A stretch of DNA of 64,000 nt from an uncultured Syntrophobacterales bacterium (lineage in GTDB: Bacteria; Desulfobacterota; Syntrophia; Syntrophales; UBA5619): contig CAIYSL010000102.1 of NCBI GenBank assembly GCA_903928915.1, positions 2,035-66,034 on the forward strand, given 5' to 3'. A model generated the notes under the pieces. The model saw only the letters and a list, made by a program, of their open reading frames with translations, made no database searches and had not been told where the DNA came from. Shown here piece after piece: positions 1 to 7,260 of this stretch (position 1 is its first letter; the number at the start of each line of letters is the position of its first letter). A program made the position numbers and the translations under genes.

Positions 1-509
1 GCCCCGCCCACCCCCAGTTTTTCTCCGAACATGACCACGATCCCGATGAAGGCGGCGGCGAAGCCCAGACCCGACCGCAGCCCCAGGCGTTCCTCCGGGA
101 GCAGCCAGACCGCGAGACCGGCGTAGAAGAGCGGCTGGGTGTACAGGAAGACCGAAGCCCGTCCCGACGTGGTGATGGCCGCCCCGCTGTAGAGCAGCAC
201 GAACATCATGTTGTGGAGGATCGCATTCCACCAGAATTCCGGCCGCCGCTTCGGCGGGGATGCGGCCCCGCGCAGGAGGGCGATCAGGCCGAAGATCGTG
301 GCCGCGGAGACGATGCTCCTGAGCAGGAGAAAGGTGAACGGCTGCATCACCCCCAGCCCGATCTTCATCGTCGGGAAACTGAGCCCCCACAGAAACGTGA
401 CCAACGCGATGAGGATGACAAACTGCACTGCCGACGCCGCCCTTCCCGAGACCGCAGACCTCCCGCTGCATACGATGCCAGCTACGGCTTGCTGATTACC
501 ACAGGGCAC
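1..509 (-). CDS. EamA/DMT-family transporter, N-terminal part only (C-terminus lies left of the window)
   Basis: Absent from the ORF track because there is no stop in the window. Manual minus-strand translation gives ...VQFVILIALVTFLWGLSFPTMKIGLGVMQPFTFLLLRSIVSAATIFGLIALL...NAILHNMMFVLLYSGAAITTSGRASVFLYTQPLFYAGLAVWLLPEERLGLRSGLGFAAAFIGIVVMFGE. This is consecutive TM helices with the LWG-x-x-F signature of EamA repeats. Start is uncertain: GTG at 509, or GTG at 428 directly before TM1. Confidence 0.55.
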   Translation of the reverse strand, partial: MPCGNQQAVAGIVCSGRSAVSGRAASAVQFVILIALVTFLWGLSFPTMKIGLGVMQPFTFLLLRSIVSAATIFGLIALLRGAASPPKRRPEFWWNAILHNMMFVLLYSGAAITTSGRASVFLYTQPLFYAGLAVWLLPEERLGLRSGLGFAAAFIGIVVMFGEKLGVGG

Positions 510-753
510 CCGGCAGATCAACGTTCATGACCGTTTCCGGGCCGATTGCAGCTCATTGCCGCGCGCAGCGGCGAATCTTCATCCGGCAGCCGGTGATGCC
601 CACGGCGCCAGTAAATCATTGACAGCCCACGCGCTTCTGCCTATACTTCCCCCCGCGCATAGGGTTCTGAGGAGCGGATCTCCTGTCCGCGGGGGCAGCA
701 GGGGCGGCCGACCCGCCCGGCTTGCTCCGTACCAGCTTATCCCGGTGAGCAGT

Positions 754-3700
754 ATGGACGATAAAACGCGAAAACGGCGAACCGTCCCTCCGGATGACTC
801 CCGTGCCGGCAGGCCTCCCGCGGGCGGGCCTCCGGCAGTCGTGGTGGGCATCGGGGCCGGGGCCGGGGCGCTGAAGCAACTCAGGACCGTTCTCGGCGGC
901 CTGCCTGCCGGGCACGGCGTGGCAGTCGTCCTGGTCCACCACCCCGACCTCACGAAGCAACGCCTGCTCACCCTGCTGCGCGGCATGACGGCGCTGGCGG
1001 TGGTGGAGGCGGCCGACGGCATGCCGGTCCTGGCCGACCGTATCCACGTGGTGCCGCCGGGGCAGTTCCTCAACATCGCCGGAGACCGTCTTACCCTCAC
1101 GACACCGGTGCGGTGCGACGGCCTGCTGATGCCGATCGACCATTTCTTCTGTTCCCTCGCCGATGACCGGAAGAGACGCTGTTGCGCCGTTCTCCTGTCG
1201 GGCAGCGGCGGGGACGGGACCCTGGGGCTGTCGGAGATCGGAGCGGCGGGCGGCAGAAGGATCATCGCGGACCCGAAGAGCGCCCGGGTCCCCGACATGC
1301 CCCGGTACGCCGTCGACGCGGGGATGACCGACGCGGTCCTCCCGGTCGAAGCCATCCCCGGCGCCATCCTCGCATTCGCCGGGCAGACGATTGCCGCCAT
1401 CCGGCACGATACGGCAGTCACCCCGGATGTCGCGTCCGGCTTGCCGACTATCCTGGACCTCCTGCGCGTCCGGGTCGGCCACGATTTTCGCTGCTACAAA
1501 CCCGGCACCCTGCTGCGGCGGATCCGCCGCAGGATGACGCTGGGGAAGATCGCCAACCTGCCGGACTACGTTCGCCATCTGACCGCTGATCCCGACGAAC
1601 TCGCCCTGTTGCGGCAGGACCTCCTGATCGGTGTCACGGACTTCTTCCGCCAGCCTCCCGCCTGGGAGACCCTGGAGAAGCGGGTGATCGCGCCGCTGAG
1701 GGAAAGCGTCCGGGACGGGGGGAAGATCCGCATCTGGATCCCCGGCTGCTCCTCGGGCAAGGAGGTCTACAGCCTGGCGATGCTGCTGACCGAACAGGGC
1801 GAGCAGCACGGCAGGAGGGTGGATTTTCAGATCTTCGCCACCGATGCCGACAGCGCGGCCCTGGCCGCGGCCCGCGCCGGCAGCTATCCGGTAGAGGAGG
1901 TCGGCGAGAGCATTTCCGCCGAACGGTTGAAACGGTTCTTTTCCCGCCGGGAGGGTCGCTATCAAGTCAGCAAGGGCATCCGCGAGCGGGTCGTCTTCGC
2001 CGCACAGAACATCACCGCCGACCCGCCCTTCTCGCGGCTGGATCTGATTGTCTGCCGCAACCTGCTGATCTACCTCGATCAGGCGATCCAGAAGAAGATC
2101 ATCGCCCTGTTCCACTTCGCTTTGCGCGACACGGGATATCTGTTTTTGGGCAATGCCGAGACCGTGGGAGACCGGGAGGACCTTTTCGAGCCTGTCTCGA
2201 AAAAGTGGCGGATCTACCGCCGCATCGGCGTCGGGCAGCGCGTGAACGTGGAGATTCCGTCGCGCCTGCCGGCCCAACCGGCGGGGCAGCCCCCCCCGGC
2301 AGCGGCCGCCTCCCCCCTCAGGCCGAGCCTGACCGCGACGGCCCAGCAGACCCTCCTGAACCGGTTTGCGCCGGCCTGCGTGATGATCGACCGGAGGCTC
2401 CAGGTGCTGTACGTCCACGGACAGATCGACAACTACCTCACCGTCCCGCCGGGCGAGCTGACCACGCGGGTCGTGGACATGGCCAGGGAGGGTCTGCGGG
2501 CCCGGCTGCGCGGGGCGATCGCCCGGTGTATCGAGACCGGCCGCTCCGTCTCCTTCACCGCCCGCACCCGGCGCGGTGAGAAATCCGTGCCGGTCGAGGC
2601 TACGGTCAGCCCCCTCAAACACCTGGGGGAGACCGACGGCCTGCTCCTGGTCACCTTCGCGGACAAGCACCTCCCGGCGGTCCCGGCGGACCGGTCCGCC
2701 GGGACCGGCGAGGGTATCCGCCAGCTTGCGGACGAACTGCGGGTCACCCGGGAGGAATTGCAGAGCACCATCGACCAGTTGGAGGGGTCCAACGACCAGC
2801 TCAAGGCCTCGAACGAGGAGGTGATGGCGGCAAACGAGGAGCTCCAGTCGGCGAATGAAGAGATGGAGACCTCGAAGGAGGAGCTCCAGTCGCTCAACGA
2901 GGAGCTCAACATCGCCAACACCCGCCTCCAGGAGAAGGTCGACGAACTGGAAAGCACGAACAACGACATGGGGAACCTCCTGGCCAGCACGAGCATCGCC
3001 ACGCTGTTTCTGGACAAGCAATTCAGGATCAAGCGGTTCACCCCACCGCTCACCCGTTTGATGAGTCTGATCCCCACCGATCTGGGGCGCCCGATCAGCG
3101 ACATCCTGCGGCGCTTTACCGACGAGGCGCTGCTCGACGACAGCCGCCGGGTGCTCGTGGACCTGACCCCCCTCTCCCGGGAGGTGCAGGACGACGAGGG
3201 CCGCTGGTACCTCCGCCGCATCATGCCCTACCGGACCCGGGACGACCGCATCGAGGGGGTGGTCGTCACCTTGGTCGACGTGAACGAGCTCAAGCAGGCC
3301 GGGGAGGCGCTCCGCAACGCCCTCGACCGCGCCACATGGCTCGCCCGGTTCCCCGCAGAGAACCCGAACCCGGTCATGCGCGCCTCCGCGGACGGCACGA
3401 TCCTCTATTGCAACCCGGCCTCGGCCAGAAACAGCCAGTGGGCGTGCGCCCTGGGCGGCCTCCTCCCTGAGCAGGTCCGGACATTAGTCGCCCCGGCGAT
3501 GGCCTCGGGCAGGGAACTCCACCGCGAGGTGCAGCTGGGGGAGCGGTTCTACGCCGTCACGCTCACCCCGTTCCTCGCGGAGTCCTACGTCAACGTCTAC
3601 GCCCGGGAGATCACGCGGCGCAGGCGGGCGGAGGAGGAGATCCGCCGCAGCGAGGAGCGGCTCAAACGGGCGCAGGAGCTCGCCCATCTGGGCAGCTGGG

Positions 3701-6258
3701 AGCTGGACCTGAGCGCCAACCGGCTCACCTGGTCGGACGAGGTGTACCGCATCTTCGGCCTGAAGCCGCAGGAGTTCGCCGCGACCTACGAGGCGTTTCT
3801 CGACCGCGTGCACCCCGACGACCGCGAGGCCGTGGATGCCGCGTACACCAGCTCCCTGCAAGAAAACCGCGACGCCTACGAAGTCGAGCACCGGGTGGTG
3901 CGGAAGGATACCGGGGCGATCCGCGTCGTCCAGGAGCGGTGCCACCATTACCGCGACGAAGCGGGCGGTATCGTTCGTTCGATCGGGATGGTCCTCGACA
4001 TCACCCAGCGCAAACAGGCCGAGGAGGCACTGCGCAGGCTGAACCTGGAGCTGGAGGAGCGGGTCGCCCGGCAGACCGCGGAGATCCGCAAGAGCTATGA
4101 AGCAACCAACACGGAGCGGCAGCGCTTCTACGACGTCCTGGAGACGCTGCCCGCCTACGTGGTGCTCCTGACGCCGGATTACCGTGTCCCCTTCGCCAAC
4201 CGGACATTCCGGGAGCGGTTCGGCGAGGCCCCGGGGAAGCGCTGCTACGAGCACCTCTTCGGACGGACGGAGCCCTGTGAAATCTGCGAGACTTACACCG
4301 TGCTGAAGACCGGCGGACCCCATCGCTGGGAGTGGGTCGGTCCGGACGGCCGCGTCTACGATGTGTCCGATTATTCCTTCACCGACAGCGACGGCGCCCC
4401 CTTCATCCTGGAGATGGGGATCGACATCACCGAGGTCAAGCAAGCCCAGGCGGCGCTCAAAGAGGCCAACGAGTCGCTCGAGCGGCGGGTGGCCGAGCGC
4501 ACGGCCCAGCTCGAAGCGGCCAGGGCGGAGGCGGAAGCGGGGAAACGACTCCTCGAGTCGGTGCTGGAGGTCCTGCCCGTCGGGATGGTCATCACCGACG
4601 TCCGGGGAGGCATCGTCAAGTCCAACCGGAGCTACGAGGAGCTCTGGGGCAGGCCGCGACCGCCCGCGGATTCCGTACGCGACTACGTCGTCTACAAGGC
4701 GTGGTGGCCTGAAACGGGCGAGCCGGTCCGTCCGGAGGAGTGGGCCTCGGCCCGAGCGGTGCAAAATGGCGAGACGGTGGAGAACCAACTGCTGAAGATC
4801 CAGCGGTTCGACGGGTCCTTCGCCTTTGTCCTCAACAGCGCCTCGCCCGTCCGCGACGCCGCGGGCAGGATCGTCGGCAGCGCCGTGGCGATCCAGGACG
4901 TCACGGCGCTCAGGCGCGCCGAAGAGGCGCTCCGGGAGAGCGAAAAGCGGGTCAGGCTCAAGCTGCACAGCATCCTCTCCCCGGAAGGGGACATCGGGAG
5001 CCTGGAGCTTGCCGACATCATCGACGTGCCCGCGATCCAGTCGCTGATGGACAACATCTATGCGCTCACCTTCGTCCCGATGAGCATCATCGACGTCAAC
5101 GGGAAGGTGCTCGCCGGGGCGGGATGGCAGGAAATCTGTCTCAAATTCCATCGCCTCCACCCGGAAACCTGCCGGTACTGTCTGGAGAGCGACACCCGGC
5201 TGTCGGAAGGCATCCCGCCGGGACAATCCCGGCTCTATCGGTGCAAGAACAACATGTGGGATGTGGCAACCCCCATCATGGTGGGCGGCAAGCACGTGGG
5301 GAACGTCTTTTCCGGCCAGTTCTTCTTCGCCGACGAAGCGATCGACACCGAGCTGTTCCGGTCACAGGCGCGGCGGTACGGGTTCGATGAAGCCGAGTAC
5401 ATCGCCGCCCTGGAGAAGGTCCCGCGCCTGAGCAGGGAAAAGGTGGAAACGGGGATGGCCTTCTTCATGAAGCTGGCAGGATTGATCTCCCAACTCAGTT
5501 ACAGCAACCTCGCGCTGGCCCGACTGCTCGCCGAACGGAAGCAGGCCGAGGAGGCCCTGCAGGAGCGGACGCGGCAGCTCGAGACGGCCAATCGGGAGCT
5601 GGAGGGGTTCAGCTATACCGTCTCCCACGACCTCCGCGCTCCGCTGCGGGCGATCGACGGGTACAGCCGGATGATCCTCAGAAAACACGCCGACCGGTTC
5701 GATGAGGAGGCCCTCGGCAAATTCAACGTCATCCGCGACAACACCCGGATGATGGGCCAGCTGATCGACGACCTCCTGGCCTTCTCCCGCCTGGGAAGGG
5801 CGGAGCTGTCAAAGGCGGCGCTGAATGTCGACGGGCTAATCAAGGAGGTTTGGGAGGAGTTCAGGGAGGCCAACCCGGATCGCCGCCTGACGCTGAAGAT
5901 CGCGGCAATTCCCTCCTGCAGGGCGGACGGGCGACTGCTCAAGCAGGTCCTCGTCAACCTCCTTGCCAACGCCGTCAAGTTCACCCGGGGCCGGGAAGAG
6001 GCCCTGATCGAAGCGGGAGGACATACCCGGGACGCCGAGGTTGTCTATTACATCCGGGACAACGGCGTCGGATTCGACATGCAGTACCACGACAAGCTGT
6101 TCGGGGTATTCCAGCGCCTCCACGGCGCCGACGAGTTCGAGGGAACGGGGGTGGGGCTCGCCATCGTCCAGCGGATCGTCCACCGCCACGGCGGCCGGGT
6201 CTGGGCGGAAGCCGATATCGGCAGAGGCGCCTGTTTCTATTTTACGCTTCCTCGGTGA
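754..6258 (+). CDS. Giant hybrid sensor: CheB-like methylesterase + CheR-like methyltransferase + coiled coil + multiple PAS domains + HisKA/HATPase_c histidine kinase
   Basis: ORF 556..6258; ATG at 754 (MDDKTRKRR) preferred over the TTG at 556. VVVGIGAGAGALKQL...VLVHH is CheB-type. IRIWIPGCSSGKEVYSLAMLL and VCRNLLIYL are CheR SAM-binding motifs. The heptad stretch ELQSTIDQLEGSNDQLKASNEEVMAANEELQSANEEMETSKEELQSLNEEL is characteristic of CheB/CheR-PAS proteins. H-box FSYTVSHDLRAPL; G-boxes IRDNGVGFD and GTGVGLAIVQRIV. Confidence 0.9.
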   Translation: MDDKTRKRRTVPPDDSRAGRPPAGGPPAVVVGIGAGAGALKQLRTVLGGLPAGHGVAVVLVHHPDLTKQRLLTLLRGMTALAVVEAADGMPVLADRIHVVPPGQFLNIAGDRLTLTTPVRCDGLLMPIDHFFCSLADDRKRRCCAVLLSGSGGDGTLGLSEIGAAGGRRIIADPKSARVPDMPRYAVDAGMTDAVLPVEAIPGAILAFAGQTIAAIRHDTAVTPDVASGLPTILDLLRVRVGHDFRCYKPGTLLRRIRRRMTLGKIANLPDYVRHLTADPDELALLRQDLLIGVTDFFRQPPAWETLEKRVIAPLRESVRDGGKIRIWIPGCSSGKEVYSLAMLLTEQGEQHGRRVDFQIFATDADSAALAAARAGSYPVEEVGESISAERLKRFFSRREGRYQVSKGIRERVVFAAQNITADPPFSRLDLIVCRNLLIYLDQAIQKKIIALFHFALRDTGYLFLGNAETVGDREDLFEPVSKKWRIYRRIGVGQRVNVEIPSRLPAQPAGQPPPAAAASPLRPSLTATAQQTLLNRFAPACVMIDRRLQVLYVHGQIDNYLTVPPGELTTRVVDMAREGLRARLRGAIARCIETGRSVSFTARTRRGEKSVPVEATVSPLKHLGETDGLLLVTFADKHLPAVPADRSAGTGEGIRQLADELRVTREELQSTIDQLEGSNDQLKASNEEVMAANEELQSANEEMETSKEELQSLNEELNIANTRLQEKVDELESTNNDMGNLLASTSIATLFLDKQFRIKRFTPPLTRLMSLIPTDLGRPISDILRRFTDEALLDDSRRVLVDLTPLSREVQDDEGRWYLRRIMPYRTRDDRIEGVVVTLVDVNELKQAGEALRNALDRATWLARFPAENPNPVMRASADGTILYCNPASARNSQWACALGGLLPEQVRTLVAPAMASGRELHREVQLGERFYAVTLTPFLAESYVNVYAREITRRRRAEEEIRRSEERLKRAQELAHLGSWELDLSANRLTWSDEVYRIFGLKPQEFAATYEAFLDRVHPDDREAVDAAYTSSLQENRDAYEVEHRVVRKDTGAIRVVQERCHHYRDEAGGIVRSIGMVLDITQRKQAEEALRRLNLELEERVARQTAEIRKSYEATNTERQRFYDVLETLPAYVVLLTPDYRVPFANRTFRERFGEAPGKRCYEHLFGRTEPCEICETYTVLKTGGPHRWEWVGPDGRVYDVSDYSFTDSDGAPFILEMGIDITEVKQAQAALKEANESLERRVAERTAQLEAARAEAEAGKRLLESVLEVLPVGMVITDVRGGIVKSNRSYEELWGRPRPPADSVRDYVVYKAWWPETGEPVRPEEWASARAVQNGETVENQLLKIQRFDGSFAFVLNSASPVRDAAGRIVGSAVAIQDVTALRRAEEALRESEKRVRLKLHSILSPEGDIGSLELADIIDVPAIQSLMDNIYALTFVPMSIIDVNGKVLAGAGWQEICLKFHRLHPETCRYCLESDTRLSEGIPPGQSRLYRCKNNMWDVATPIMVGGKHVGNVFSGQFFFADEAIDTELFRSQARRYGFDEAEYIAALEKVPRLSREKVETGMAFFMKLAGLISQLSYSNLALARLLAERKQAEEALQERTRQLETANRELEGFSYTVSHDLRAPLRAIDGYSRMILRKHADRFDEEALGKFNVIRDNTRMMGQLIDDLLAFSRLGRAELSKAALNVDGLIKEVWEEFREANPDRRLTLKIAAIPSCRADGRLLKQVLVNLLANAVKFTRGREEALIEAGGHTRDAEVVYYIRDNGVGFDMQYHDKLFGVFQRLHGADEFEGTGVGLAIVQRIVHRHGGRVWAEADIGRGACFYFTLPR

Positions 6259-6277
6259 CGATCCCCGTTCACCCTCA

Positions 6278-6300
6278 CCCTCCCCCGTCGAGGGGGAGGG
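6278..6300 (+). terminator. GC-rich hairpin downstream of the kinase gene (possible terminator, no U-tract)
   Basis: ccctccccc-gtcga-gggggaggg is a perfect 9-bp stem 20 nt after the stop at 6258. A second related hairpin ccgtccc...gggacgg lies at 6341-6364. The region sits between convergent genes. Confidence 0.4.
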
Positions 6301-6369
6301 GCGTTCGGATCACCCGTCGCGGGAGCGGGGGATTTTCCGGCCGTCCCGTCGAAGGGAGGGACGGGGTTA

Positions 6370-6633
6370 TCAGTCGACGATCGTTTTCCGGTCGGCAGTA
6401 ACCGCAACCGCTTCCGGGACGGGGCTCTTGGCGCCCTTGGCGAACCCCAGCATCATCATTGCGGCGGGGATCAGTTGGGCAACGACGATCAGGGCGCAGA
6501 AGGCCAGGAAGATCCAGACGAACAGATCGCTGTTGTCCTCGCGCGCCATCTCCGCCGCCCATGCCGTCGCCATGTTTCCGCCCAGAACCGTAAACCCCAG
6601 TACCGCGGCACCCGTCAATTTCGCTTTGTCCAT
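6370..6633 (-). CDS. Small secreted/bitopic membrane protein (87 aa), paralog A
   Basis: ATG at 6633 preceded by GAAGGAGGAAGGAG. MDKAKLTGAAVLGFTVLGGNMATAWA|AE looks like a signal peptide. It is followed by an acidic patch, one TM helix (LFVWIFLAFCALIVVAQLIPAAMMMLGF) and a basic tail. Confidence 0.7.
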   Translation of the reverse strand: MDKAKLTGAAVLGFTVLGGNMATAWAAEMAREDNSDLFVWIFLAFCALIVVAQLIPAAMMMLGFAKGAKSPVPEAVAVTADRKTIVD

Positions 6634-6672
6634 GATAAGCTCCTTCCTCCTTCTTTCGTATGCCGGCATCGG

Positions 6673-6903
6673 TTATCTGCCGGCTGCCGGCACGGTCTTC
6701 TTCGTCGGATTGCTCACGAGCGTTCTGAGCAGCGAGCAGAACAGAACAGCCCCCGGCACCAACTGGCAAAGGATGATCAATAATCCGAAGGCGATGAAGA
6801 GGCCCACGAGCAATCCCGTTTCCGCCGGCTCCGGAGAGCCGGATGCCAAGGCCGGTGCAGCCGAGGCCAGCAAGGCTCCTGCCGTTGTCATCGTCCGTTT
6901 CAT
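6673..6903 (-). CDS. Small secreted/bitopic membrane protein (76 aa), paralog B
   Basis: ATG at 6903 preceded by AAAGGAGGA. MKRTMTTAGALLASAAPALA|SG looks like a signal peptide. It is followed by an acidic patch, a TM helix (LLVGLFIAFGLLIILCQLVPGAVLF) and a basic tail. Same architecture as the neighbour. Confidence 0.7.
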   Translation of the reverse strand: MKRTMTTAGALLASAAPALASGSPEPAETGLLVGLFIAFGLLIILCQLVPGAVLFCSLLRTLVSNPTKKTVPAAGR

Positions 6904-7171
6904 CGTATCCTCCTTTCGTTTCCGTTCTTGCCTTTTCCCATTTGTCTTACTGTTCTGCATCAGCCATGCCAAGAGACAGCACCTGACGTCTATTGGTATA
7001 ACTATCAGTATTTATTACTTATAATAAGGTCTGTGCCCGGCAGGGAACGGACTATGGCCGGCGGAATTGTATAATTAATCTATACAGGACCGAAGGACGC
7101 CAAATCGTTCAATCGCGCGCGAAAAATTCTTAACTGACGATAATTAAAAGACATACAGGGGAAGATTCCTG

Positions 7172-7208
7172 TGTATAAAAAAATAAACGCTGGAATATTT
7201 TTTATACA
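7172..7208. repeat. Perfect 11-bp inverted repeat TGTATAAAAAA-N15-TTTTTTATACA inside a ~290-bp AT-rich spacer
   Basis: Read directly. It lies ~55 nt downstream of the stop (7261) of the minus-strand gene and upstream of the small-protein genes. It may be a weak AU hairpin terminator or a protein-binding site. Confidence 0.5.
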
Positions 7209-7260
7209 TGCGTCCTTCCCTGCGCCGTTTCCGGGGCGATCGGGAAGCCCCCCTCTGGCG

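Noticed and set aside
208-530. Plus-strand ORFs 208..495 and 213..530
   Set aside because: The minus strand over the same region translates into a convincing EamA/DMT transporter N-terminus. The plus-strand products are low-complexity.
616-5295. Long minus-strand ORFs (616..3021, 801 aa; 3484..5295, 603 aa) antisense to the giant kinase gene
   Set aside because: The translations are Arg/Gly/Pro/Asp-rich low-complexity strings with no motifs. They mirror a plus-strand ORF that has clear domain motifs. These are typical stop-codon-poor antisense frames of high-GC DNA.
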